The position numbers and the translations under genes are program-made. The notes under the pieces are model-generated. The model searched no databases. It was given only the letters and a program-made list of their open reading frames with translations, and was not told the DNA's origin. Positions 1 through 13,091 of a stretch of DNA of 64,000 bases are shown here, piece by piece. Every line of letters begins with the position of its first letter. The first letter of the stretch is position 1. The DNA is taken from positions 15,988,482-16,052,481 of the forward strand of contig JAUZTB010000070.1 of the NCBI GenBank assembly GCA_034780895.1. Reading direction: 5' to 3'. The DNA comes from Rhynchobatus australiae (taxonomy: Eukaryota).

Positions 1-369
1 ATGAAGTGGTCCCTCTGCACTGCCCCTCCCATAGTGCAGTGTCATCCCTGATTCAGCTGGCAGCACACTCATCACTGAGTCAGAGGTTATGGATTCAAAT
101 GCCACTTCAGACACTGACCTCAAGGCTGCACTGCTGTGGGGGGTCATTCCAGGCAAGACACTAAGTTACAATAGATGTTAAAGATCCCACATCACTATAG
201 CAGAGACAGTATCTCTCATTTTCCTGATCAATATTTATTCCTCAATCCACAGTTCTTAAAAAAAAGCTTGTCATTACTTCATTGCTGTGGGATCTTGCTG
301 TGCAACATTTCACTGCTGCATTTGTCACTTTGCTGCGCCCAACACTGTCAGGGGCAGCAGCCACTGGAA

Positions 370-495
370 AGGAGGATCACTGGGCATGGAGGCCAATGGG
401 CAGGGAGGTCACTGGGCAAGGAGGTCACTGGGGACAGATGGGTCACTGGCCACGGAGGTCACTGGAAGCTGGCTCACTGGGTAACAAGTCACTAG
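370..495. repeat. Degenerate ~17-20 bp tandem repeat (ggaggtcactgggca)
   Basis: About seven tcactgg-centred units. Confidence 0.7.
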
Positions 496-792
496 GCAGG
501 GGAGTTATTGGATGCTGAACTCTGGCTAATCTTCCCCCACATCCCAGAGTAAAACCACAGCCACTTACTGGAGCGTCTGATTTTTCTGGCAGGAGATAAA
601 TCTTTGCATTATGGGGTATTTCGTGTCTCTGTACAAACACATTCATAAAGTGCAGGCACAGTCCTCAAATATCCTTCAGGCTGAGTGCTGTGTCACACTC
701 AGAATCTGGAGCTAGCAGTTAATGGAGAAATGAGAAGTCCACAGCTCTAGCTGAGCCAGAACAGATTTGCTTGTTCCCTGATAATTAATTGT

Positions 793-796
<4 letters not shown>

Positions 797-834
<38 letters not shown>

Positions 835-846
835 TGTGTGTGTGTT
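797..846. repeat. (TG)n microsatellite
   Basis: Direct observation. Confidence 0.95.
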
Positions 847-2169
847 TGTTGCTAGGTTTTCATTCCCTGTAGACTGGTTGCCAGAGCAACGGTGAACAGG
901 CGCTTTGTCACTGCCACACCCTATGGCGATGATTATGGAACCTGACTGTGAACACACCCAGCTCTGGAACTTAAATCTCTGCTGCTGTGCACACCGATAT
1001 TGCTGAAAGTATGACACTTCTGCTGTGGTTTTTTAAAAATTCGTTGACACGGTAACTTTGTGTGTTAAAACTTTCTTTGTCCTGTAACAACATCCAAGAT
1101 CGCACTCAGGGTTTTATTGAAACTTGCCAAATTTAACAGAGCAACTCTTGTTCTGGGAACTCTGACTCATTCACTTTTAATCCAGAATGTTCCAATCGAT
1201 TTAGGGGATGCAGATTTTCAGACTGTTCACTGAGGCATTTTTAACTTCATTATATCAACTCACGGCAGTTAAATTTTGGTAGGAAGATATCAACAACTGG
1301 AGCCTGATATAGTGCAATAAATCTATCATCCTTCGATAAATTATACATTAAATCCCCATTTGCAGGATTTCAAACCAGTTACCAGAGGGGCCTGAATCCA
1401 AAGCAAAAACCAACTACGTATTGCAGGAAAGAATTCCCATTCTTGTTGAGTCAGACGTTAATTGGGTTGGACACAGGATCATTGATGGCTCCGGTTTCCT
1501 CCCACATTCCAAAGACATACAGGTTAGGAAGTTGTGGGCATGTTGTGTTGGCGCAGAAAGTGTGGCAACACTTGCGGGCTGCCCCCAGATCATTACACAA
1601 AAAGATGTATCTCACTGTGTGTTTCAATGTCCATGTGACTGATGAAGAGATCTTATCAAGAGGAAACTTACTTCAATATCTGACTGTGATGTCCTTAGCC
1701 TGGGAGTGTTTAATGAGACAGTACAAAGGGAGCTTAACTCTGTATTGAACCCACACTGTACCTGCCTTGTGAATATTTGATGGGACAATGTGACGGGAGC
1801 TTTACTCTGTATCTAACCATTCTTTCTTTATTCTGGGACTGTTTGATTGAACAGGGTGGAGGGATACTCTGTATCTAAACCACACTGTCCCTGCCCTTGG
1901 AATGTTTGATGGGGAAAGCCCACTGGGATCATTGGCATGATGGTGTACAGTCATAGGGAGTGTTTTCAACCGTGAGCCTGAACCCTATAAAGGCTTATGG
2001 CAACAGGTAAGACCAGGGAACCTTCTGCTGATTCCCATTGCTGCCCTCGTTCTGCCGAGGCATCAGTGCTCCTTCATGCTGAATAACTGTTGGAAAAACC
2101 ACTGAGAGCCCATTACCAGGAAGGGCTTTGTAGGAGCGCTACTGACTGAGCTAGCTGAGAAGGATGGGT

Positions 2170-2565
2170 CCCGCTGCCTCGGGAAAGCAGTCAATGTAAA
2201 CAAGGACTCCTTCCACCCCGGTCATTCCCTCTTCTCCCTTCTCCTGTCAAGCTGAAGATACAAAAGTTTGAGAGCATGTGCCACCAGCTTCAAGGACTGC
2301 TTCTATCCCACTGTTAGCAGAGTTGAATGGACCTCTCAAATGCCAAAAGATAAACTCTTGACCTCCCAATCTACCTCATCATGACCCTTGCACTTTATTT
2401 GTCTGCCTGCACTGCACTTTCTCTGTAATTGCAACACTATATTCTGCATTCTGTTTCTCTTTTTACTACCTCAGTGTACTTACGTATGGCATGATAGTTT
2501 GGATGGCATGCAAACAAAAGTGTTTCACTGTATCTCAGTACATGTGACAATAATAAACTAATACC
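2170..2565 (+). mobile_element. 3' end of a Rex1/Babar-like LINE; related copies at ~5500-5820(-), 41220-41690(-), 44800-45035(-), 47260-47670(+), 55015-55410(-)
   Basis: Shared segment caaggacagcttctatcccactgtt...cccaatctacctc...gcactttctctgtaact...gtgacaataataaac. Confidence 0.7.
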
Positions 2566-2679
2566 GGTGGAGATGAGAGGGACCATTTAAAAGAAACATC
2601 TACTTGGGCTTCACCTCACCAAGTTACCTGTAGCATCTGTTTTGGACAGTTATAGCAGGACGAGATCACCGCATGGTTC

Positions 2680-3500
2680 TTGTGAGAATACAGTCCCATA
2701 CTCACACAATCCATGGTGCTAAATGGGATAGGTTCAGAACATTTGACAACTCAAACATGAGTGTCCATGAAGTGCTGCAGGAACGCAGAACTCGTCTGTA
2801 TTCTCATGCCCCCCAGCCTATCTTACACTCTACTATTGCCATCAAACCAGTGAGGGAGCAGGGCAAATTCAGAGAGAAGTGCAGAAGAGCACACCGACAG
2901 CACCAGGCATGCCAAAAACATGGCGCCAGACTGGTGAAGCTCCTGTTCAGAAAAACAGAAGAAGTCGCAACTGATGGGCAGATCACAATGGGTGACCAAA
3001 CCTGCCACATCCAGTTGCAAATGATACAAACAAACAAAATAGGAGAAGGGGCGTGCCTTCTGGTAGGCTAAGAACCAACTAACAGGAAGAGGAGGTGCCA
3101 TGAATATCCTCGTTCTCAATGATGAAAAGTTCAAATATGGAAGTGTCATGTTATGCGGACCACCCACCTCATCTTCCTCAGGATCCCTCCCTTAGTCTCG
3201 ATGTTATTATTCACATTATACAGTAACACTGGACGCAGCAAAGGCCACAACCCTGACATCCCATTGTACTGAGGAATTGTGATCCAGAATTTGCTTCTCT
3301 CCCACCAGGTTGTTCCAGAACAGTTACAACTCTGGTGTCTACTTGACGATCTGTAAAATTATCCACATAAAGCAAGGTCAATACAATCCAGCTGATTATT
3401 ACCAAATCGATCAATTCTCAATCATCAGCAACGTGCTTGATGGTTATGTGAAGTGCGATCACACAATTCTCACTCACCAAGAACTAGTTTGGGTTTCACT
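2680..3500 (+). mobile_element. Degenerate CR1-clade LINE ORF2 fragment; 3' part of a similar family at ~56690-57585(+), tails at ~32140-32270(+) and ~26000-26200(-)
   Basis: Decayed ORF2-like reading (HSTIAIKP...EKCRRAHRQHQA) and a recurring tail cagctcaccactaccttctcaagggcaattag. Confidence 0.55.
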
Positions 3501-6500
3501 AAAATCACTGATTGCAGCCTCAGGGTAAGTTGGGGTGTAAAACTAAAACCAGACCTGAACTTGACAAGGCCCAATCTGAACTCAACCTGAGCCCAAGCAC
3601 TTATAATGTAATTTCTATTTGTTTTATTCCCAATCTAAGGTGCAGTTAGATTCTGTTGGGCTGTGGTGGAGAAGTTAGTCTATACTGCAGAACTCATTTC
3701 AGCCTTAATCCAAGAGAGCAGTGAAAGAAGCTGCCTTCACATACTCTGGATGACTGGTGAAATGGAAATGGAGTTGAACTCTTTTGTTTGGAGAAACAGT
3801 TGTTTGTGGTTGTTGGTGATTAATCAACTTAGCCCCAGGACATCAGTGCCAGAGTCCCTGAGGACACTGTTCTGGACATATTCATCTTCAAAGTCAAAAG
3901 TCAAAGTCAAGTTTATTGTCATATGCACAAGTACAAGAGTGCACTGGTGTAATAAAAATCTTACCTACAGCAGCATCACAGGCACACAGCATCATATAAG
4001 CAGCATTCACAAGAGAAGTATAAATTAAACATAAATAAAACATGTTTTACAAGAAAGAACACAATTATAACAAAAAAAAATACAAGTTCAGATGCATCGT
4101 CAGTACTCTTTCCACCCATCAGTAGGTCTGTTTGCTGAAGTTTGTACTTCCACATTCCTCCAATAATGAAGTAGTGCAGGCAGTAAGACTTGATTAATAT
4201 TGAGGCACACTTATGCCACACAAGTATCAGGAAATGGGCCACCTCCAACAAGAGCGAATGAAATCATTGGGTCTTCCCACCATCAATGTCCTGGGACATC
4301 ATCACCATAGAAATGATATCTCCCCTGTCTGTCTATGTTTACAGGAGTCCAGGACTGAAGTACCACTCCAAAGGTTCGGGGATTTAATAAGTGACAAGAG
4401 GCCAGAATTCCTTGTTCAGTGGTGATATATTAACCTTAATGTAATCTCTGACTCTACAATGTCTTCTATCTCTCTCCCTCTATCCACATCCCACAAATTG
4501 GGCTCCATGTAGTCATGACCATCCAGGAGTCATTTCACTGATGATCCAATGAGATATGACTTCAGGTGACTAACCAGGTCATCGATCCCTGACTGCAGAG
4601 CCATCACTGTTGAGAGGACACATTTTTAAGGTGAAACTGCACTAGCTACTTACTACCTGTTGTAATTGCAGTTTTGTGTTTGATCTCACACTAAGTTTCA
4701 CACTCCCTCTTGCCTGGCCTGAGTATACNNNNNNNNNNNNNNNNNNNNNNNNNNNNNNNNNNNNNNNNNNNNNNNNNNNNNNNNNNNNNNNNNNNNNNNN
4801 NNNNNNNNNNNNNNNNNNNNNNNNNNNNCTCCCTCTTGCCTGGCCTGAGTATACAGGGTATTAGGTTGGATTACCCACTTCTGTGACGGTCCAATATCTG
4901 TGTCAGCTCTTTGATACAATTATAATATCCTACAAAGGAATCACATTCCAGGTGGTAAAACATAATTTCAATAGTTACAATGAGTTTATGTTTACAATGG
5001 GGTTTCAGTTCAAGTTGACTTTCATTGCTCGAAGATGTAAAGATGCAAGAGTAAAGATTTCCTGCCCCAATTATATAGGATCCTGGGAAGAGCTCAACTA
5101 AAATATTGTGTTCAGATCTGATCTCCATACCTGAGGAAGGAGATACTTGTGACAGGAGTGCAGTGAAGGTTCACCAGATTCCTGGGGCAGGAGGACTGGA
5201 CTCTGAGGAGAGTTTTAACAGACTGGGTCAGTGTTCTCTTGCATTTAAAAGAATGAGATCTGATGTCATTGAAGCACTTAAAATTCTTAAAGGGCTTGAC
5301 AGGATAGATCAGGGATGATGTTTCACCTGGAGGAGCAAACAATCTACTGGAGGAACTCAGCAGGTCAGCAGCATCTGTGGGGGGAAAGGAATTTTTGATG
5401 TTTTGGGTCGAAACCCTGAATCAGGACTCCAGATTCCAGGATCTGCAATCTATTGTGTCTCTCTGATGTTTCCCCTGGTTAGGTTGTCCAGAACGTAAAT
5501 TGGCAAATTGATTTATTATTCAACCTGTGTTGAGGTACAGTGAAAAACTTGTCTTGAATACTGTCCATACAGATCAATTCATTACAACAGTGCACTGAGG
5601 TAGTACAAGATAATAAATGCAGAATAAAATGTTACAGTACAGAGAAAGTACAATGCAGGTAGACAATAAAGTGCAAGGTCACAATGAGGTAGATTGTGAG
5701 GTCAAGAGTCCATCTTATCATACAAGGAAACCGTTCAACAGTCTTATAACAGCAGGATAGAAGCTGTCCTTGAGCTTGGTGTTGCGTACTTTCAGGCTTT
5801 TGTATCTTCTGCCCATTGGGGTCTTTGATTATGACCTGGGTGTTAATATAAGGGATTGACACTACAACACTTAGATGGGAAGACATCTCTTCATCCAGAG
5901 GGTGGGAATTCTTTGAAATTCACTACCCAAGAGAGTAATGGATGTCAGTCAATGAATATATTCAATACAGGATATTAAGGGAATCAAGGGGTGTGGAGTT
6001 TGTCCAGGAAAGTGATGATAAGTGAAAGAACAGCCACAATCTTCTTGAATGGTAAAGCAAACACTAGGAGCTGAAAGGTCCACTCCTGCTTCTATTTCTT
6101 ACGTTCTTATTTCTTATGGGTCCGTTTGATGGGACAGTGCAAAGGGAGGTTTACTCTGTAACTGGCCCTTGGTGTACCTGCACTGGGAGCACACCACGGG
6201 ATAGATTGGAGGGAGATTTATTTTGTAGCTAACTCTGTTCTGAGTCTCAGTCCCATCCCTGGTGGAACATTCAGCTGCGAGTTGTCATTAGAGTAGTTCT
6301 CGCAGCAGGCTTGCACTCCAGCGACGTTGCAGTACAGACCTGGCAGAACGATCGTCAGAATTGCCGATTGGTGAGCACGTTTGAAATCTACAGTTTCTTG
6401 CTTAGGCGGGGTGGGGAGCCTACTTTTCGGGGGTAATTTTGCTCTCCAATTCATTTTCATCCCCAAACCGGGCATTCACTTGACGTGGCTCTTGAAGACA

Positions 6501-6706
6501 TTTTGGAGAACTGCATATCTGACTTTCTATCTGAATCACGCTCTGACATAAACAAAAACGAATTTGGTCTTAAAAGAGGTGGAGATTGAAAAGCTGCGAA
6601 TTCCTTTAGCCACGAGTAAGCGTTTGTGGAGGCAGGACAAAGATTAGTAGCCAGGAACCAGTCAGCACAAGGCGCTCTGACTGACAGGCACCAGGGTTGG
6701 GCAGGG

Positions 6707-6757
6707 TATAAACACCATCCACTCAGCAGATGCAGCACATCTGGGCGAGACAAGAAG
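6707..6757 (+). promoter_or_regulatory. TATA box and short non-coding exon 1 of the S100 gene
   Basis: TATAAA at 6707-6712, splice donor AAG|GTGAGA after 6757. Upstream: reverse CCAAT (6367-6371), GC box (~6404-6410) and CRE-like TGACGTGG (6481-6488). Confidence 0.7.
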
Positions 6758-7335
6758 GTGAGAGTCTGTCTGGCGCTGGAGGTAATTTAAGAAGTCAGCT
6801 TAATAGGGGNNNNNNNNNNNNNNNNNNNNNNNNNNNNNNNNNNNNNNNNNNNNNNNNNNNNNNNNNNNNNNNNNNNNNNNNNNNNNNNNNNNNNNNNNNN
6901 NNNNNNNNNNNNNNNNNNNNNNNNNNNNNNNNNNNNNNNNNNNNNNNNNNNNNNNNNNNNNNNNNNNNNNNNNNNNNNNNNNNNNNNNNNNNNNNNNNNN
7001 NNNNNNNNNNNNNNNNNNNNNNNNNNNNNNNNNNNNNNNNNNNNNNNNNNNNNNNNNNNNNNNNNNNNNNNNNNNNNNNNNNNNNNNNNNNNNNNNNNNN
7101 NNNNNNNNNNNNNNNNNNNNNNNNNNNNNNNNNNNNNNNNNNNNNNNNNNNNNNNNNNNNNNNNNNNNNNNNNNNNNNNNNNNNNNNNNNNNNNNNNNNN
7201 NNNNNNNNNNNNNNNNNNNNNNNNNNNNNNNNNNNNNNNNNNNNNNNNNNNNNNNNNNNNNNNNNNNNNNNNNNNNNNNNNNNNNNNNNNNNNNNNNNNN
7301 NNNNNNNNNNNNNNNNNNNNCAGACACGCTTCATC

Positions 7336-10324
7336 ATGTCGACTCCATCCAAAATCGAGGTGGCGATGCAGAACCTGATGGATGTTTTCTATCAGTACAC
7401 CACAGGCGACAAGTGCACCCTGACCAAGCCTCAGATGAAAAATCTGGTAGATATTGAACTAAACCAGCTCACCAAGGTAATCCTTTTCAATCAGATAAGT
7501 ATCAAATATTCCCGGGGTAGGTGAACACGAGTTTAACTGTGCCATTTCTCACACGGATCCTTCCCATTTTTGCACAATACAATCTCCATTCACCCAACAG
7601 TTCCACTCACTGCCTTGCCACACTTCTCCCTCGCTGAACCAACAGCCCATGTGTCTTCTGTTCACGTTGAGAGAGCTATAGTCAGGGACACAGATCCCCG
7701 AGAAAGATAAATTGGTCAAATCGGGAGCTGGGTTAGCATCTGTAGTGACCGAGTCAATCATACAGGGCCCTGGGGGAAGAGGAGCTACCACATGACGTGG
7801 GGGAGCTGGGTTAACACCAGCATAGAGATGGTCAGCCACACAGGGTGCTGGGTGATGAAGGGACACTGAGTGACAGTGTGAGGAAATGTCAATTGAGATG
7901 GTCAGCGGCTGATGATGTTTCAAAGTGGCATGCAGACTAATTGTTCAGGCAGGATCTGCCCAGTGATGACATTGTTCCAATATACCCTTGAGGAAGTGGG
8001 ATAGGAAATCAGAGGATGGATATTTAATGTGTGGCTGCCCTGTAGGGGTTGCAGTACTTGGCATCTCTCCTGATCAGAACATTGTGCCCCCACAACCGGG
8101 GCAGTGTGTGATCCCTACTCCCCTCCCACCCCAATCTCCTCTGTTGGGTGAATCAATAATGACCATATTTCAGGGAGAATAACTGAGTCCATTTAGTCTC
8201 CCTCAGAATTGGTTAACACCATGAGGTCAGCTCCCTGTCTGAGGTCAAGGGTGGGGGATCTGAATACTAGAGCAGAGAAAGCACCAGGAGTGTATTGGCA
8301 AGTGTTTAGAATGAGGGAGTGGCTTCTGGACAGCTGCCACGTCTGAACAATCAAAAGTTTGAACTGACGTTCCGTCAGGCAACACCCAGCAAGTCTGTAG
8401 CGCTGTAGTTCATGCTATACACCCCGAAGTCTCCTTGCAGCACCTTCTCGTCTCAATGTGTAGACCAAATGACCAACAAATTCATATTGACAATAGTACA
8501 AAACCAAAACACCATGGCTGCTGGAAATTGACTTAAAACTTTAACTGTTGCTCAGTGCCCCGATTCTGCCAAATCTGTTAAGCACTTCCTGCATTTCTGT
8601 TCTTATTTCATAATCACATTATGCTTAGCTTCTTGAGTTAGGGAGTGGCAATTTAGCCCATGCTGTGTCACCCTTGGAATGTCTGAGACAGTGTATGTAT
8701 ATTAAAATAAAACTACTTGCTGTCTAACCTGGGCTGTATCCATTTTGGGAGTGTTAATGGGTCTTTATTTGCTACCATTACACTCTCCAAATAAAATTTA
8801 AATCCATCAAACCTGTGCTGAACCTGGCGTCTTTGAAAAGGACAAGGTAGAGCTTTACTATGTTCCTAACATGTACTTCCCCTGACCTAGAATGTTTAAG
8901 GGTTTGCCTAAACTCCCATTTTGTGGGGTTTTGATGTGTTTTTTTTTAAAATTAACTTATTGCTGCATTTCATAGAAACGTTGTCCTGTGTCCAAGATGC
9001 ACCCTGGACTTTGTGGTGTCCACCATAGTCAGAGGGCCTCAACTAGACACAGCATGGTCCCTCGCTAGGGATATCCTGGCATTAACATAGGCTTAGCAGA
9101 GGGTCAGGCACCTGGGATAGATTTCTCAATCAATGGCTTGCTGCATGGACTTGGGTGGCCACCTTGGCCTGGAGTAGAATGACAAGCTGGTCCACCCACC
9201 CATATACCAGGTGTCTAAGTATCAGGAGCACAGGCTGAAGTCCACACAGACCTTGCAGCTCCTTTAAATATTCAGATGGGACCTACAATCCTATATATTC
9301 CATATGTAAAATGAACATTGACTTTGTCCAAGCCTGGGTGTCTGTAAATCTGCTTAAAAAGCTATTGCATAGGACTTCTGTGCAACACGGTCTGAGGTCC
9401 TCCTTGGAGACTCTCTTACTGCCATTGAGGCATGAAAACGAGGAGCGTGCAGCAACAGCTCAACAGGAACCCGTCCTTGAGAGTATGGAGTGGCACAGGG
9501 CAATTCTGGCTCATTATATGGGACTGGATTTGATGAGCAATGCCAGCCAAATAGGGATTGGCCTGGTTGGAATTACTCCACGCTCCTGAGCCCCCTCAAC
9601 ACCCACAATGATAGGGTATAAGACTTAGTGTTGTGTACTTCACTCCAACACTACTTAGTTGCCTTGATGGCCAGAGAGTCCTCCCCACCCCAATTATGCC
9701 AGTAACTTTGATCCTAGTTGGAAAAACCCTGGTTAAAGATGGACAAATTCTTCAGGTTTGGCTAATGCCTGTCAATGGGAGCTACATATCATCTTCGAGC
9801 GAGTGCCCTGTACACCATCTGGGAGGATGGACTTGGGTACAAAAATCTTTGTGGTCCAAAGGCAGAATTGCCAAATTGGGTATGCAACCTATGACCGATT
9901 GCTGTTCTCAAATGGAGACTCAGAACCATGGCAATGTTTCCTCTCTGTCCAGAAGAAATCGATGACCAGCTCCTAGATCTTAACAACAAAATTCAGGTGG
10001 AGAGGGTATTCTGTCCCTACCCTGAGTGTTTGCTGGAACAGTGTAGAGGGAGTTTCCTTGTATTTGACCCTTGCAGTATCTTCCCTGGGTATATTTGACA
10101 GAATGTGTCGAGGCCAGATTCAAAGCTTAATTTCATATCTTTCCATCTCTCAACAGAATAAGAAAAACGTTGAATACTTTGACAAGCTGATGAAAGATTT
10201 GGATTTTGATGGTGACGGAGAAATGAATTTTGAGGAGTTTGTGTCATTTATTGCAGGAATCCTGTTTTCCTGTAATGAATTATATAATCAAAAGAAGCAA
10301 ATGGCAAAGGACTGTAAAAAGTAA
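7336..10324 (+). CDS. S100 family calcium-binding protein (102 aa, two coding exons)
   Basis: Coding exons 7336-7476 (MSTPSKIEVAMQNLMDVFYQYTTGDKCTLTKPQMKNLVDIELNQLTK, AAG|GTAATC) and 10157-10324 (CAG|NKKNVEYFDKLMKDLDFDGDGEMNFEEFVSFIAGILFSCNELYNQKKQMAKDCKK*), joined by a phase-0 intron. Canonical EF-hand loop DFDGDGEMNFEE and the typical S100 layout of a non-coding exon 1 plus one exon per EF-hand. The paralog cannot be named with confidence. Confidence 0.93.
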
Positions 10325-10415
10325 TCTGCAATATCAACTATCATGTGAATATACTGGAAAGCCTTCAGTGACCAACCTGTGTAGTGCCCTTGTTATCTCT
10401 ATTTTTAATCCAAGT

Positions 10416-10421
10416 AATAAA
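10416..10421 (+). terminator. Polyadenylation signal of the S100 gene
   Basis: AATAAA about 90 nt after the stop codon. Confidence 0.65.
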
Positions 10422-12717
10422 ATGATTATGACTGGATTATTACTGAATGTCTAAGTCAGAAACCCTCCTAAACAAACCAATATCAGAATTTCCCTCTTTG
10501 CTGCCAAGGTTCTCAGTAGGTACCAGTTGGGAGTAGTGGGCTTTCATGAGACTGAAACTTGCTGAAAATGGTACTGGAAGCAGAAACCTTGTTTCCCAGT
10601 GGAACCTGATTGAGCATTAATTCCAATGGGTTGATTGACTGCCTTCGGAGCTGTAAATTTGATTTGAGGAACCTGACATAAGACTTCAGTCTCTCACTGA
10701 GTGATGATAGCAAAGAGCAACTAAAATAAAAACTAAGTCACAAGCATTGCTGTTATTGAAGATGCTTTCAGAGCAGCCATGAAACATGTTTTGTGGTCTG
10801 AACCATATGTTCTTGCAATCAGTCAGAACCAGTCACTGAGGAAACCTGGAAGGGGGACTTCCTGACAGACATCATCGTTGTATCATTAACCCAGACATAG
10901 TGGGCACTGTAGAGGAACAGAGTCACTTCCAATGTGTGACACATCCAGCACTTGGCTTGTCAAATGCATCTCTATAACTCATTATTCAGGCAGGATGAAC
11001 CTCCAGGTTGCTGATCAGGAGATTCCCCACTGGCAGAAAGAGTTGATTGGAAGACAGGTTGCATATGTGATTCTTACAGTAATGGGGCAAATAGCTCTCA
11101 GATGCTACCATTCCAAATTGCATATTTTTTGGTAAGCTTTGTTGCAAAGCTGCTTGGGAGCCCTGGAGGATGACAAAGGAAGGAGGAGAGCTAGGGGTTC
11201 CAGTTCTGGTGAAGTTGGACCAGCTTTCAGTTAAATCCACCTCTACAAACTCTCTGCCTCTGGCTGAATCAGAATATTCACAACCTTCTCACTCTGCGCT
11301 GTGCTTCCTCTCCCCAGTAGCCACCCCATCACACGTACAGCCTCCACCTGTGGCTCCTAAACACTCATCAGTGCTTCTTCCAATTATAAATTTGACTGGA
11401 ACAACCTCCCACCTTTCATAAACCAGAGCCGAATGAAAATCATGCTAGCTGTGTCCCAACTCTCGCTGCACCCTTTCCCCATCAGTCCTGTGCTCAGACC
11501 TACTGCCCTGGCAATAACGATATTACAATTCTCTTTTCTAATCGCTCCCCTTCTCTGTAACCTTCCTCAGGATATCTACACTATTCCAATTCCACCTCAT
11601 CCCTGAATGTTATCAATCCACCACTGGCAGCTCTGTCTTCAGCTACCTGGGTCCCAAGCTTTGGAATTCCCTCTGAATAACCCTCCTTCAACTGCTCTAT
11701 AAAATTCACCTCTGACCAAGCTCTGAACCTACTATCTCACCTGGCCCAGTGTCAATTCTTTGATAATACTTCTGTCTGTGAGGTGAGAACTGTGATAAGG
11801 GCATCATAGAAATATAGCTTGATGAGATGATCAGGCAGCAGAGGAGTGAATATTGCTCAGCCAGCTCTGGTGAATTCCTGAATATATGGTATTAGTTTCC
11901 TTGGAAGTCCCGTGAAGTGAAAGAACTGAACACTTTCACAATGAAATCTGTGGAAGAAAGAACAGTGAACTTTGATGCAAGCCTCATCAGCAGGTTACCT
12001 TTAATAGTTGCCTTCCTGAAACTCAGCAAGTTATTGACCTCAAGTTACATGAAGTGGGTGAGCTTAGCATTAGAGGAAAATAAAAGTGTCCCTGAAACTC
12101 CACTTGATGGGACATCTAGTGGGAAGCATTCAATTGAGCATGTAATACCAGTAGGTCAACATGGGAATCCATGCTCTGAACCTGATGGTTCCATGAAGTA
12201 CCTTTTTTTTTTGCAGAGGTGCTTGGCTACTTTGCACCTTCATCAGCAGATATTTCTAAAAAATTGGGATTTAACACATCCCAAGAAGGTTCCTCAGTAA
12301 TTCAGATTAATGTCACTGTATCTTGATTCAAAAAGAGATGAGGACATGAAGGTATTGCAGGAGCAGTTGGTCATACTGGGGGCATCTAATTTGCCAAGAC
12401 ATACATCTCCCTGACACTAGATGCATCACTACGCAAGATAAACACTCATGGACAAAGAATCACCCCCCCCCAATCCTTCTCTCGCTCTCTTCCTCTCTCT
12501 CCAAGTCTCCTTCTGACTCATGGTTGANNNNNNNNNNNNNNNNNNNNNNNNNNNNNNNNNNNNNNNNNNNNNNNNNNNNNNNNNNNNNNNNNNNNNNNNN
12601 NNNNNNNNNNNNNNNNNNNNNNNNNNNCCCCCCAATCCTTCTATTCCAACCACGGCAGCTTCAAGACATTAACCCCTCCCACCCGACACAGAACAGATTC
12701 CATCTCACCAGCTATAT

Positions 12718-12723
12718 TTTATT
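12718..12723 (-). terminator. Probable KXD1 polyadenylation signal
   Basis: TTTATT on + (AATAAA on -) about 370 nt past the KXD1 stop codon. Confidence 0.5.
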
Positions 12724-13091
12724 TTGTTGCATTTTACATTTTTATCATAAATCCACACCGCAGAAATCCTACAGTCACTCAGCGAGTGTGGCATAGCAAC
12801 TGTATCTCACCATTAAATCCTTACAATCACACAGGTGTTTCACTGTAAACCTCTAGCACTCACAGTGATCAGGTTCACTGAGTAATCCACACTGCAATTA
12901 AAATGAACAAGAGAGACAGCGAATGGTTGAGGAGAATTCATTACTCCCCCACAGGCGTTAACCCAGTGTCTTTGCCTCAACAGTAACACACCAGATGCTT
13001 CTTTGTGAGCTCAGCAGGTCTCTGGGCCTGGCTTTCATACTGCCTTCACCCCTCCCGACGGAGGAACATTCTTCAGGTACACGTTTGGAGT

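Noticed and set aside
925-1010. Possible C/D-box snoRNA (GATGA...CTGA)
   Set aside because: The C box is non-consensus and no terminal stem is evident.
4703-4854. Identical sequence on both sides of 100-N gaps (also near 25425/25537 and 63772/63882)
   Set aside because: Typical unmerged contig overlaps, not target-site duplications.
6730-7524. Long ORFs containing X runs (also at 20716, 31693, 40162, 53188)
   Set aside because: Their length comes from N gaps.
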